This document shows positions 10,062 to 20,400 of a stretch of 57,132 bases of DNA, piece after piece. Below the pieces are notes generated by a model, which saw only the letters and a program-made list of their open reading frames with translations, was not told the DNA's origin and ran no database searches. A program made the position numbers and the translations under genes. The stretch comes from Candidatus Hermodarchaeota archaeon (GTDB taxonomy: Archaea; Asgardarchaeota; Lokiarchaeia; Sigyniarchaeales; SOKP01): NCBI GenBank assembly GCA_048885525.1, contig JBHLLP010000009.1, forward strand, positions 1 to 57,132, written 5' to 3'. Numbering within the stretch: position 1 is the first letter of the stretch; the number at the start of each line of letters is the position of its first letter.

Positions 10062-10691
10062 ATGGTTCGTATTTTATGTATAGGAGATTCTCATGTACCT
10101 ATTCGAGCAAAAGAATTACCTATGCAAATTTATGATAAAATAAATGAAATAACAGAATCAGAACTTTTTGATTTTACGTTTTTTACCGGAGATTTAATTA
10201 ATTTCCCTGAATTGCTAGATTTTTTAAATATAAAAACCAAAAGATCTTTATTTAAAGTAATAGGGAATATGGATTATTATTACGGGAACCGAGATTTACC
10301 TAATTACCAAAAATTAGATATTTCTTTTGAAAATAATAATAAAATTATATTAGGTTTGACACATGGAGCGCAAGTAAGACCTAGAGGAGACCACGATCAA
10401 TTAGAGAATCTTGCGCTAAAACGTGGTTATACTATACTAGTTTCAGGACATACGCATAAAGAGGAAGTTTTCTTAACAAGCGGGGGGATTTTATTAATAA
10501 ATCCTGGAAGTGTTACTGGTGCATGGTCATTTATTGCCAGCGGTATTCCTTCTTTTATTGAAATATATGTTGATAATAGAGATAAGAATATTCTTATAAA
10601 ACTCTTTCAATTTGATAAAAAAATAAGACAAGTAAATACTTCAGAATTCTATTTTATCTTAAAGAAGAATAGGATTTATAAAAAATATTAA
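10062..10691 (+). CDS. Metallophosphoesterase, Vps29/MJ0936 family (Vps29-like)
   Basis: IGDSHVP.R...LP, TGDL, GNMD, THGAQV.PRGD...L, SGHTHK and INPGSVTGA. Confidence 0.85.
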   Translation: MVRILCIGDSHVPIRAKELPMQIYDKINEITESELFDFTFFTGDLINFPELLDFLNIKTKRSLFKVIGNMDYYYGNRDLPNYQKLDISFENNNKIILGLTHGAQVRPRGDHDQLENLALKRGYTILVSGHTHKEEVFLTSGGILLINPGSVTGAWSFIASGIPSFIEIYVDNRDKNILIKLFQFDKKIRQVNTSEFYFILKKNRIYKKY

Positions 10692-10710
10692 TTACTTTTT
10701 TAAGCATCTA

Positions 10711-11118
10711 TCAATCTAAAACGAGAATCTTAGAAAGCTTTAATAAAATTCCGAGGTTGCGTTTACCAGCTGATCCCTTTGAGAATCTTAATTTCTTATA
10801 TCCGAATGTATTATTTTTGAGTAGCATATTAAGAACTGAATTCTCCCCATTCACAAAAAAAACTAAATCTTCTGGAGTTGCTCTCAGTTCTAAATCAAAT
10901 TCTTCCAATTTCTCCTTTCCTAAGGCATAATTACCATCGTTAGCAACTAGATTTACCCAAAAATAATAGTCTACTTCCATTTGAAGACCAATAATTACTC
11001 TAGCATTAAATTTATTTAATAACTTTTCATTCTTGGGATTTTGTCTCTTTTCTTTTATTACACTTTCAATAGTCTGCTGAAATGTAATAAACAAATTTTC
11101 TTTATCTGATTCTTCCAT
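10711..11118 (-). CDS. Hypothetical protein, possibly SCP2-like fold
   Basis: 135 aa. The pattern DLELRATPEDLVFFVNGENSVLNMLL...KLRF resembles the SCP2 C-terminal half. Confidence 0.55.
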   Translation of the reverse strand: MEESDKENLFITFQQTIESVIKEKRQNPKNEKLLNKFNARVIIGLQMEVDYYFWVNLVANDGNYALGKEKLEEFDLELRATPEDLVFFVNGENSVLNMLLKNNTFGYKKLRFSKGSAGKRNLGILLKLSKILVLD

Positions 11119-11219
11119 ATTTAATTCATCCTTCCTAATTTCCTTTTTGTATTAATATTAATCCTAGTTAAATTAGAATTTTTTATATAATTTTAATTTA
11201 AATATTAAATTTAATAAAA

Positions 11220-11236
11220 CCATAAACATTTATATC
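11220..11236 (+). promoter_or_regulatory. Putative BRE/TATA promoter of the Fe-ADH gene
   Basis: CCATAAACATTTATATC, followed by SD-like AGGTGG at 11276-11281 and ATG at 11292. Confidence 0.45.
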
Positions 11237-11291
11237 AAAATATAAAAAAATTAAAAATCTAAATGTAAAATTCAAAGGTGGAAAGATAGAT

Positions 11292-12491
11292 ATGTGGCAC
11301 TTTCATTGCCAAAATATATTATATGGTGAAGATGCGTTAAATTTTTTAGAAAAAATTAAAGGAAAAAAATGTTTTATTGTCTCAGACAAGACTATTGAAG
11401 AAATAGGTTTATTAAAGATTTTAACAGATAAACTTGATAAATTTGGAAAGGAATATCAGATTTTTACAGAAGTAGTACCTGCTCCTCATGAAGATGATGT
11501 AATGAAGGGTAAGGAGCAGTGCAATAAATATAAACCTGAATTAATTATAGCGTTAGGTGGAGGTTCTGTTATCGATACGGCAAAAGCAATTTGGGCAATG
11601 TATGAATATCCTGAATATACCCTTAATAATATAGATCCTCTTTCCGATGAATTGTATGATTTTGCAAATAAAGCAAAAATGGTTGCTATTCCAACTACAT
11701 CAGGAACCGGATCAGAGGTAACATGGGCAGTGGTTATTTCTAGATTACAAAACAATGTGTGGAGAAAAATGTCAATGACTCATATGGTATTAGTTCCTAC
11801 TTTTGCCATCGTAGATCCTGTTTTTACAATGGGATTGCCACCACAATTAACAGTTGCTACTGCTTTCGATGCATTATCTCATTCTCTTGAAGCATATATT
11901 TCAATGTGGAAAAATGAGTTTAGTAATGCTATGGGACTTAAAGCAATTGAACTTATTTTTAAATATTTACCTATCGCTTATAAAGATGGAAGCAACAAGG
12001 AAGCAAGAGATTACTTACATCAGGCAGCAACTATGGCAGGATTATCATTTAGCAACTCACAAGCACATTTAGCTCATGCTCTAGGACATAGTAGCTCATC
12101 CATTTTTCATATTCATCATGGTCAATCCGTAGGACTCTATCTTCCTTATATTACTCAATTTTGTTTAAATGCACCTGGTGATAATAATGAATCGATCGTA
12201 ATGTACTCTGATCTCGCAAAAAAATTAGGTTGGGCAAATTGGAATGATGACGCAAAAAGCGCTGCTTTTTCCGTTGTGGCTAAATTAAAAGAGCTTCAAA
12301 ATTCTGTGGATTTTAAATCCAATCTTAAGGATTTAGGAATCTCTAAAGAAGATTTCGACAACAATCTGGAAACTTTGGTTAGCCTATTTTTCCAAGATCC
12401 TAGTGGTGTTATGGCTCCTAGAATTCCAGGCAAAACAGAAATAACACGTCTTTATCAATATGCTTTCGAGGGGAAGGATGTTGATTTCTAA
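11292..12491 (+). CDS. Iron-containing alcohol dehydrogenase
   Basis: GGGSVIDTAK, PTTSGTGSEVT and metal ligands DALSHSLE, HALGH, HG. Confidence 0.93.
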   Translation: MWHFHCQNILYGEDALNFLEKIKGKKCFIVSDKTIEEIGLLKILTDKLDKFGKEYQIFTEVVPAPHEDDVMKGKEQCNKYKPELIIALGGGSVIDTAKAIWAMYEYPEYTLNNIDPLSDELYDFANKAKMVAIPTTSGTGSEVTWAVVISRLQNNVWRKMSMTHMVLVPTFAIVDPVFTMGLPPQLTVATAFDALSHSLEAYISMWKNEFSNAMGLKAIELIFKYLPIAYKDGSNKEARDYLHQAATMAGLSFSNSQAHLAHALGHSSSSIFHIHHGQSVGLYLPYITQFCLNAPGDNNESIVMYSDLAKKLGWANWNDDAKSAAFSVVAKLKELQNSVDFKSNLKDLGISKEDFDNNLETLVSLFFQDPSGVMAPRIPGKTEITRLYQYAFEGKDVDF

Positions 12492-12581
12492 TTAATTTTC
12501 TAAAATAATAAACATAAATATGACCACATTATATTAATTTTTAAAGTATAAGTGATAATATTTCTAAACTAATATTGATGT

Positions 12582-14327
12582 TTGGACGAAAAAATGTCAA
12601 TTTCAGAAAATGAATTAGAAGCATTGGATATATTAAAAAATCAAATAGGAGAATCAATATTAGAAATTTCTAAAATAGAACGTTATTCACTTGGTTACTA
12701 TGCAGAAAATGGGCATATCACTAGTTTAAGTTTATATTCCTGTGGTTTATCTGAAATTCCAAAAGAAATAGGATCATTTTCCTCGCTAAAAGAGTTATAC
12801 TTTAGAGGTAATAATTTAAGCTCAGTTGCAGAAGAATTGTTTTCTTTACTTCAACTTGAGATCTTAGATTTAAGTGAAAATTATTTAATAGAATTACCAG
12901 ACTCAATTAGTTTACTTTCTTCACTTAAAGAACTGCATTTAGAGACGAATCAATTAGCTTTCTTACCAGAAACAATTGGTTCTCTCACATCTTTGGAAAT
13001 TTTAGATTTAAGTGAAAATAAGTTAAAAAATATCCCTAATTCAATTGGTCAGATGCAAAAGTTAAAAACACTTGATTTAAGCAGGAATAAAATTGAGGAA
13101 TTACCTACCACCATTGGAATGATGAATTCATTGGAAATTCTTTTCCTAGGAAACAATAAATTAATAAAACTACCCGATTCAATTACCCAACTAACTTCAC
13201 TTAAAAGGTTAAATTTAAGAAATAATAACATAACTAATCTTCCTGAAGCAATAGGTAATCTGTTATCATTGACTTCTCTTTTTTTAAAAGGAAATAATTT
13301 AACTAAATTGCCAAAATCTATAGGCGAATTAAAAAATTTAATTTACTTAGGATTAACTTCAAATCATTTAACTCATATTCCTGAGAGTATAGGTTCACTT
13401 TTTTCTCTTGAAAATTTAAGTGTTTCATCTAATAAGTTAGTTAAGCTTCCTGATTCAATAGGTTCTCTTAAATCATTATTAAGGCTTGAAATATCTGATA
13501 ATAATTTATATATGTTACCAGACTCGATTGGGGAACTATCATCACTTAAAATATTACGATGTGAACGTAATAATTTAAAAAATATTCCTGATTCAATTGG
13601 AAATCTTAGTACCCTTGAGATTTTAACCCTTAATATTAATAAATTAACAGAATTACCTAATTCAATTGGAAATTTAAAATCTCTGAAAGAATTAAATTTA
13701 TATGATAATCAATTAGAAAATTTGCCAGAAAGTATTGGATCCCTTTCTACTCTAGAAATATTGGATCTAAGTAAGAACCAATTAGAATTACTTCCCGAAT
13801 CAATAGGATCTTTAAAATCGCTTTTAGAATTAGACCTTTCAACAAATAAGCTAGAGACAGTACCCCCAACTATTGGTTCACTTCCTATATTAAAAACCCT
13901 AATCCTTGGTTTTAATAAATTAAAAGAGATTCCCAAATCATTTGGATTTCTTACAACACTCGAAGTTTTGGATTTAGGAAAAAATATCTTGATATCAATT
14001 CCAGAAACAATAGGTTCTCTTACTTCTCTAAAACATCTATATTTATATTATAATGAATTGAAAATGATTCCGGATTCAGTTGGGTCATTAAAATCTTTAA
14101 AATATTTATATTTGGGCAATAATAGATTATCTAGTCTTCCTGAATCTTTAGGTAGGCTTAAAAAGTTAAAATATCTTTTTCTAAGATCTAACTATTTAAC
14201 TGAATTACCAGAAACTCTAGAATCATTACCTTTTCTTCAATATCTAAATATAGAAAAGAACAATTTGAAAGGCTATCTAGATTTTTTACATAAATTAGAA
14301 CTTAGAGGAATTAAAATTCTCAAATAG
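12582..14327 (+). CDS. Leucine-rich repeat protein (22 full + 1 partial 23-aa LRRs), no accessory domain
   Basis: Consensus LxxLxLxxNxLxxLPxSIGxLxx repeated without indels from about aa 46 to 565. ATG at 12594 is a possible start. Confidence 0.95.
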   Translation: MDEKMSISENELEALDILKNQIGESILEISKIERYSLGYYAENGHITSLSLYSCGLSEIPKEIGSFSSLKELYFRGNNLSSVAEELFSLLQLEILDLSENYLIELPDSISLLSSLKELHLETNQLAFLPETIGSLTSLEILDLSENKLKNIPNSIGQMQKLKTLDLSRNKIEELPTTIGMMNSLEILFLGNNKLIKLPDSITQLTSLKRLNLRNNNITNLPEAIGNLLSLTSLFLKGNNLTKLPKSIGELKNLIYLGLTSNHLTHIPESIGSLFSLENLSVSSNKLVKLPDSIGSLKSLLRLEISDNNLYMLPDSIGELSSLKILRCERNNLKNIPDSIGNLSTLEILTLNINKLTELPNSIGNLKSLKELNLYDNQLENLPESIGSLSTLEILDLSKNQLELLPESIGSLKSLLELDLSTNKLETVPPTIGSLPILKTLILGFNKLKEIPKSFGFLTTLEVLDLGKNILISIPETIGSLTSLKHLYLYYNELKMIPDSVGSLKSLKYLYLGNNRLSSLPESLGRLKKLKYLFLRSNYLTELPETLESLPFLQYLNIEKNNLKGYLDFLHKLELRGIKILK

Positions 14328-14447
14328 TTATTAGTTCTATTAATCCTTTTTTTTATTTACATTAATATATCCTCAATCATAAACAATTAACTTATGAAAT
14401 TTATTTTGTCATGTAGCAACTCTAAAATAATATGATTTATATATTAA

Positions 14448-16487
14448 ATGGAGTTAGATAAAACTATGGATATTTCAAAAGCTATAAAAATCAAATTATC
14501 AGAGGAGCTACCACAATATCCAAAATTCTTTGAAGGTATAAGAAGAGCACCATCTAGAGGTTATAAATTAACTCCAGCTCAAACAAAGTTAGCTTTAAAA
14601 AATGCTTTAAGATACATACCCCCCTCCTTACATGAGAAATTAGCTATTGAGTTTATGGAAGAATTAGTAACAAGAGGAAGAATATATGGTTATAGATACA
14701 GACCAGAAGGTCCTATAAAAGCAAGATCTGTGGATGAATATAAAGGGAATACACTTGAGGGAAGAGCTTTGCAAGTAATGATTGATAATAATCTTGATTT
14801 CGATATCGCACTTTATCCTTATGAATTGGTAACTTATGGAGAAAGTGGACAAGTCTTTCAGAATTGGATGCAATATCGATTAGTTAAAAAATATCTTGAG
14901 GAATTAAATGAAGATCAAACTCTTGTTATAGCTTCAGGACACCCTGTTGGACTTTTTCCTACTTCAGAAACAGCACCTAGAGTAATCTCTACTAATGGGT
15001 TAATGGTTGGGATGTTTGATAATTCTGATGACTTTTCTGTGGCAGCAGCCTTAGGTGTGGCTAATTACGGTCAAATGACAGCAGGAGGATGGATGTATAT
15101 AGGGCCTCAAGGAATTGTTCATGGAACTTACATTACCTTATTAAACGCAGGAAGATTGTACTTAAATATCCCTCTAGACAAAGGTTTAAATGGGATTTTG
15201 TATCTTTCTTCTGGTTTGGGTGGTATGAGTGGTGCACAAGCTAAAGCTGTCGAAATTGCAGGAGGGATCGGTGTAATAGCAGAAGTTGACGAATCAAGAA
15301 TTAAAACCAGATATGAGCAAGGATGGGTCTCTCGAATATCTGATAATTTAGATGAGATCTTTGAATGGGTTAATAACGCTAGAAAATCGAATAGGCCATT
15401 ATCTATAGCATTCCATGGAAACATAGTTAATTTATGGAGATATGTTGTCGAAAACAATATTAAAGTTGAACTTGCTTCAGATCAGACTTCTTGTCATGCT
15501 GTTTACGATGGCGGGTATACTCCTTATCAAATAAGCTTTAAAGAGGGTAGAGAATTAATTAAGTCCAATATTGAGAGATTTAAAAAACTCGTTGATGAGT
15601 CTCTAAAAGAGCAATTTAAGTTCATTAATATCATGACAAAAAGAGGGACATATTTTTGGGATTATGGTAATTCCTTTATGAAAGCTGTGTATGATGCTGG
15701 TGTTAAAAATATAGCAAAAAATGGAGTAGATCCCTCAGAAGGATTTATTTTTCCATCTTATGTTGAAGATATAATGGGACCTATTTGTTTTGATTACGGT
15801 TATGGGCCATTTAGATGGGTTTGTCTTTCAGGTAAAGAAGAAGATTTGGATAAGACTGACCAAATAGCTATGAATTCTATTAATCCAGAGCGACATGCAC
15901 AAGATCGAGATAATTACTATTGGATACGTGATGCTAAGAAGAATAAACTAGTTATTGGAACAAAAGCAAGAATTTTATATGCTGATGCTAAGGAGCGTAT
16001 TAATATTGCTTTAAAATTTAATGAGATGGTAAGAAAAAGAGAGATCGGACCAATAATGTTGGGGAGAGATCATCATGATGTATCTGGAACAGATTCTCCT
16101 TTTAGAGAGACGTCAAATATTAGAGATGGGAGTAATGTAATGGCTGAAATGGCTATTCATTGTTTTACTGGAAATGCAGTAAGAGGTATGACTTATGTGG
16201 TTTTATCAAATGGAGGGGGTGTTGGTATTGGTAAATGCTTTAACGGAGGATTTGGCTTAGTTTTGGATGGTTCTGAAAAAGTTGATAGCGTTATCAGAAG
16301 TGCAATCGAATGGGATGTAATAGGAGGTATAGCAAGAAGAAGCTGGGCTAGAAATACTAATGCTTATGAGACGGCTATTAATTGGAATTTAGAAAATGAA
16401 AAAAGAGGACATTTAACATTACCATTTATAGCAGAAGATAAACTTTTAGAAAATATAGTAGAGAATTATTTAAGGAAGCTGAAATGA
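14448..16487 (+). CDS. hutU: Urocanate hydratase, long (about 670-aa) form
   Basis: MIDNNLD..IA.YPYELVTYG, GQMTAGGWMYIGPQGIVHGT, GLGGMSGAQ, DQTSCH, GRDHHDVSGTDSPFRET. Confidence 0.96.
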   Translation: MELDKTMDISKAIKIKLSEELPQYPKFFEGIRRAPSRGYKLTPAQTKLALKNALRYIPPSLHEKLAIEFMEELVTRGRIYGYRYRPEGPIKARSVDEYKGNTLEGRALQVMIDNNLDFDIALYPYELVTYGESGQVFQNWMQYRLVKKYLEELNEDQTLVIASGHPVGLFPTSETAPRVISTNGLMVGMFDNSDDFSVAAALGVANYGQMTAGGWMYIGPQGIVHGTYITLLNAGRLYLNIPLDKGLNGILYLSSGLGGMSGAQAKAVEIAGGIGVIAEVDESRIKTRYEQGWVSRISDNLDEIFEWVNNARKSNRPLSIAFHGNIVNLWRYVVENNIKVELASDQTSCHAVYDGGYTPYQISFKEGRELIKSNIERFKKLVDESLKEQFKFINIMTKRGTYFWDYGNSFMKAVYDAGVKNIAKNGVDPSEGFIFPSYVEDIMGPICFDYGYGPFRWVCLSGKEEDLDKTDQIAMNSINPERHAQDRDNYYWIRDAKKNKLVIGTKARILYADAKERINIALKFNEMVRKREIGPIMLGRDHHDVSGTDSPFRETSNIRDGSNVMAEMAIHCFTGNAVRGMTYVVLSNGGGVGIGKCFNGGFGLVLDGSEKVDSVIRSAIEWDVIGGIARRSWARNTNAYETAINWNLENEKRGHLTLPFIAEDKLLENIVENYLRKLK

Positions 16488-16584
16488 AAAAAAAAATCAA
16501 TTTAACTTGATTAATAAATTTTTAATTAGGAAAGTATCTACATTTTAAAGTAGAGTAATAATATGATTAAAAATGTGAATTATT

Positions 16585-18090
16585 ATGAACAATACTTTTA
16601 GATATGCAGAGGATCAACTCACTATTGAAAGAGCTTTAAAAGTATCAAGGGGAGATATGAAAGGCATTCTAACAGATGAAGTAAAAGAGCAAATTATTAA
16701 AAATCACAATATAGTACAATCAATAGCTAAAGGAGAAAAATTGGTATATAGCATAAATACAGGATTTGCGTCACTCTGCACTACTAAGATTTCAAAAGAA
16801 GAAACGGGAAAATTACAAGAGAATCTTCTTAAAAGCCATAGTGCAGGTGTAGGTACACCAATTGATCTTGAAATTGCTAAATTAATGCTCATTTTAAAGG
16901 TACAAGCGTTATCAAAAGGTTATTCAGGAGTATCTTTACAGGTGATAGAAAGAATATGCTGGCATATTGATAATGATTTTATTCCACTAGTTCCTGAACA
17001 AGGTTCAGTTGGAGCTTCTGGAGATTTAGCACCTTTAGCTCATTTATTTTTACCTTTGATTGGGCTAGGATCATTGACTAAAGATGGTATCAATTATTAC
17101 CCCACTCAAAAGGTTTTAGACAAACAAAATCTCAAACCCTTAAAACTACAGGCAAAAGAAGGAGTAGCATTAATAAATGGAACTCAATTTATCGCCGCTC
17201 ATGCTATAAAAATTGCTGAAAAATTATCAAATTGTCTTGATCATGCTGATCTCATTGGTGCTTTAACAGTTGAAGGTTACCTAGGATCTATTCAACCTTT
17301 TGCAGAAAAACTTATTAATTTAAGGCCTCATAAAGGAGCAGTTATAGTTGCGAAAAGAATGAGAAAGTTTTTAGAAGATTCACAATTAGTAGAATCACAT
17401 AAAGACTGTGGAAGAGTACAAGATCCTTATTCTATCCGATGTATTCCGCAAGTTCATGGTGCATCTAGAGATGCTTTATCCCATTTGAAAAAACAATTAG
17501 AACGAGAACTTAATTCAGTTACAGACAATCCTATTGTTTTCGAAGAAAATGAAACTTATAGTGGTGGAAACTTTCACGGACAACCATTAGCTTTACCTAT
17601 AGATTATGCATGTTTAGCAGCTTCTGAAATTGGTAATATATCAGATCGTCGCATTTTCCTTTTGCTTGAAGGTAAGTGGGATTTACCTTTATATTTAATA
17701 GGAAAAGCTGGATTAAATTCTGGATTTATGATAGCTCAATATACTTCGGCTGCTTTGGTTAGTGAAAATAAATCTCTTTGCTATCCTGCTAGTGCAGATA
17801 GTATACCTACAGGGGGTGGACAAGAAGATCATGTAAGTATGGGTTCTATAAGTGCCAGAAAAGCACTTAAAATAATCAATAACCTAGAAAAAATTTTGGC
17901 AATTGAACTCTTATGTGCAACTCAAGCATTTGATTTTAGGAGACCATTAAAATCTAGCAAAATTTTAGAAGCTTGTTATAAATATATTCGAGAGAAAATA
18001 CCTTTTATAACTGAAGATACTATTCTCTCAGATTATATTAAATTAGCAATAGAAATTATAAAAAGTAATAAATTATTAACTATTGTTTAA
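16585..18090 (+). CDS. hutH: Histidine ammonia-lyase
   Basis: YSINTGF, MIO-forming GASGDLAPLAH, LINGTQ, QDPYSIRC.PQVHG, DNP, SGGNFHG and QEDHVSMG. Confidence 0.96.
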   Translation: MNNTFRYAEDQLTIERALKVSRGDMKGILTDEVKEQIIKNHNIVQSIAKGEKLVYSINTGFASLCTTKISKEETGKLQENLLKSHSAGVGTPIDLEIAKLMLILKVQALSKGYSGVSLQVIERICWHIDNDFIPLVPEQGSVGASGDLAPLAHLFLPLIGLGSLTKDGINYYPTQKVLDKQNLKPLKLQAKEGVALINGTQFIAAHAIKIAEKLSNCLDHADLIGALTVEGYLGSIQPFAEKLINLRPHKGAVIVAKRMRKFLEDSQLVESHKDCGRVQDPYSIRCIPQVHGASRDALSHLKKQLERELNSVTDNPIVFEENETYSGGNFHGQPLALPIDYACLAASEIGNISDRRIFLLLEGKWDLPLYLIGKAGLNSGFMIAQYTSAALVSENKSLCYPASADSIPTGGGQEDHVSMGSISARKALKIINNLEKILAIELLCATQAFDFRRPLKSSKILEACYKYIREKIPFITEDTILSDYIKLAIEIIKSNKLLTIV

Positions 18091-19429
18091 CAATTTCATA
18101 AGGCGAATTAATTTGTTTGTTGCATCAACATATTCAAAAAAAGAACTTTTCAGTGGTGTTGAACCAGATTTAGTGATATTTCACTGTAATGAACTTGTTA
18201 CTATGAACACAAAATATGGTGCTCCAAGAATAGCTGGAGATATGTCCGAATTAGCAATCATTAATGATGGTGCAATAGCTATTAAGGATGATAGAATTGT
18301 TTTTATAGGGACAACCGATGAATTAATATCAAAATATGAATTCGGGAAAATTCCAACTAAAATTGATGCTACAAATAAGTTAGTTACTCCCGGATTTATC
18401 GATCCGCATACACATATTATTTTTGATGGTACGCGAGAAAATGAATTATCAATGAAACTTGAAGGAAAGACTTATATCGAGATTTTAAAAGCAGGAGGAG
18501 GAATTTTAAAGACTGTTGCTGAAACTAGAAAAGCACCATTAGAGAAATTGATTGAAAACGGTAAGAAAATCTTAGATAGAATGATGTCATTCGGGACTAC
18601 CACAGTTGAGACAAAATCTGGCTATGGTTTAACTATTGAAAGTGAAATTAAACAGTTAAGAGCTATAGAAATTTTAAACAAGCAACATCCATTAGATATA
18701 ATTCCAACCTTTATGGGAGCACATGCAATACCTCCGGAATATGAAGATAAAACTGATGAATATGTTAAATTGATTATCTCAGAAATGATTCCTAAAATAG
18801 TAAAAGAAAATCTTGCTGAATATTGTGATGTTTTCTGTGAAGAAGGGATTTTTAATAGGAAACAAACAATTAAAATATTGAAAACAGCTATTAGATATGG
18901 TTTAAAACCTCAAATACATATTGACGAGATTATAGATACAAATGGTGCATTATTAGCTTCTGAAATAAGGGCAATTCAAACAGGGCACTTATTAAAATCT
19001 AATGATGAAGGTTTAAAAGCTATGGCAAAATCAGGAGTTATTGCTACGCTCCTACCAGGAACACCATTTTGTTTAATGTTAGATGACTACGCACCAGCAA
19101 GAAAGATGATCGAATTAGGAGTACCTATTGCTCTAGCAACAGATCTTAATCCAAATTGCTGGACAGAGTCAATGCAAACAATAATTGCCTTAGCCTGCTA
19201 TCATATGAAACTCTCACCAGCAGAAGCTCTTACAGCAGCAACAATTAATAGTGCATGTGCTGTTCAAAGACAAGAAGAGATTGGGAGTCTTGAAATTGGA
19301 AAAAAAGCTGATATAATAGTTTTTGATGTACCTAATCATCAATTCTTACCTTATCATTTTGGCGTAAATTTAGCATTAAAAATAATAAAAAATGGAAAAA
19401 TAGTAGTTGAAAACGACTTTTCAACTTAA
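18083..19429 (+). CDS. hutI: Imidazolonepropionase; TTG at 18113 after AGGCG is a plausible alternative start
   Basis: PGFIDPHTH, AGGGILKTV.ETR, GTTTVETKSGYGL, GAHAIP, DVFCE, HIDE and ATDLNP. Confidence 0.95.
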   Translation: MFNNFIRRINLFVASTYSKKELFSGVEPDLVIFHCNELVTMNTKYGAPRIAGDMSELAIINDGAIAIKDDRIVFIGTTDELISKYEFGKIPTKIDATNKLVTPGFIDPHTHIIFDGTRENELSMKLEGKTYIEILKAGGGILKTVAETRKAPLEKLIENGKKILDRMMSFGTTTVETKSGYGLTIESEIKQLRAIEILNKQHPLDIIPTFMGAHAIPPEYEDKTDEYVKLIISEMIPKIVKENLAEYCDVFCEEGIFNRKQTIKILKTAIRYGLKPQIHIDEIIDTNGALLASEIRAIQTGHLLKSNDEGLKAMAKSGVIATLLPGTPFCLMLDDYAPARKMIELGVPIALATDLNPNCWTESMQTIIALACYHMKLSPAEALTAATINSACAVQRQEEIGSLEIGKKADIIVFDVPNHQFLPYHFGVNLALKIIKNGKIVVENDFST

Positions 19430-19433
19430 ATTG

Positions 19434-20351
19434 TTAAAAATCAAAATAATATTCTAACAAATGTTTATCTTCTAGTTTATCTGGTTTGTCTAATTGTAAA
19501 TAATATTCTAATGAGTTAAGAACTGCACCCAAAGGTAAAACACCTACTAATTCAGAACCTATAACTGGCACACCATAGCGTGCAGCCTCCATACGTACTA
19601 GCTCCATTTGTCTATATAAAGGTGTTTTCTTATAATTAATATTAGAGATTCCAACTTGTACATAATCACGATTTGTCAGTTCTGTACCCATTGCTTTTAT
19701 ATTTACAAGTCCTCCAGAACGGAGATGAATAGCTTTTGCAACTTTTTTTGCAATTCTGATATCCTTAGAACCTAGATTAATATTAAAACTTATTAATGGA
19801 TTTCTTGCTCCAGTTATAATTGCACCCGCAGTAGGATGGAATTCGGACGGTCCATAATCAGGTTTTCGTTCTGGATCCGTTTTAATGACTTCTTTTAGCT
19901 TTTCATACTCTCCTCTTCGAATATTATCAATATTTTTTCTCTCCATGCTCCGAGCAGATTCTTCATAAAGGTAAACAGGGATTCCTTCCTTTGCCATGAT
20001 TTCAGCGAACTTAACCGATAACTCGATACATTCTTCCATAGCAACGTTTTTTGCTGGAACAAAAGGAACTACATCAACAGCCCCAATTCGAGGATGTTGA
20101 CCCTTATGCGTATTCATATCAATTATTTCAATAGCTTTTTTAGCAGCATCGATGTTTGCTTTTAAAACAGCTTCAGGAGTTCCAACAAAAGTGATAACTG
20201 CTCTATTATAATCAGAATCATATTGAACATCTACAATCCGAGTATTAGGAGTATTTTTTATCTCAGAAACGATTAATTCAATTTTTTCACTGTTTTGTCC
20301 TTCACTATAATTCGGAATAGACTCTATAATTTTTTTTTTATCTTTTTCCAT
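19434..20351 (-). CDS. ftcD: Glutamate formiminotransferase (stand-alone FT domain)
   Basis: ESIPNYSEG, D.DYNRAV.T.VG, HKGQHPRIGAVDVVPFVP, IRRGEYE, HPTAGA..TGAR and GSELVG..P. Confidence 0.92.
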   Translation of the reverse strand: MEKDKKKIIESIPNYSEGQNSEKIELIVSEIKNTPNTRIVDVQYDSDYNRAVITFVGTPEAVLKANIDAAKKAIEIIDMNTHKGQHPRIGAVDVVPFVPAKNVAMEECIELSVKFAEIMAKEGIPVYLYEESARSMERKNIDNIRRGEYEKLKEVIKTDPERKPDYGPSEFHPTAGAIITGARNPLISFNINLGSKDIRIAKKVAKAIHLRSGGLVNIKAMGTELTNRDYVQVGISNINYKKTPLYRQMELVRMEAARYGVPVIGSELVGVLPLGAVLNSLEYYLQLDKPDKLEDKHLLEYYFDF

Positions 20352-20400
20352 ATAAAAAACCTACATTATTAGAGTTCTTAGTTGAATTAATTTAAATAAA

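Noticed and set aside
12582-14327. Possible Roco/NLR-type protein, or a CRISPR-like DNA repeat
   Set aside because: No GTPase, COR, TIR or NTPase domain follows the LRRs, and the 69-bp periodicity is coding and degenerate with no repeat-spacer structure.
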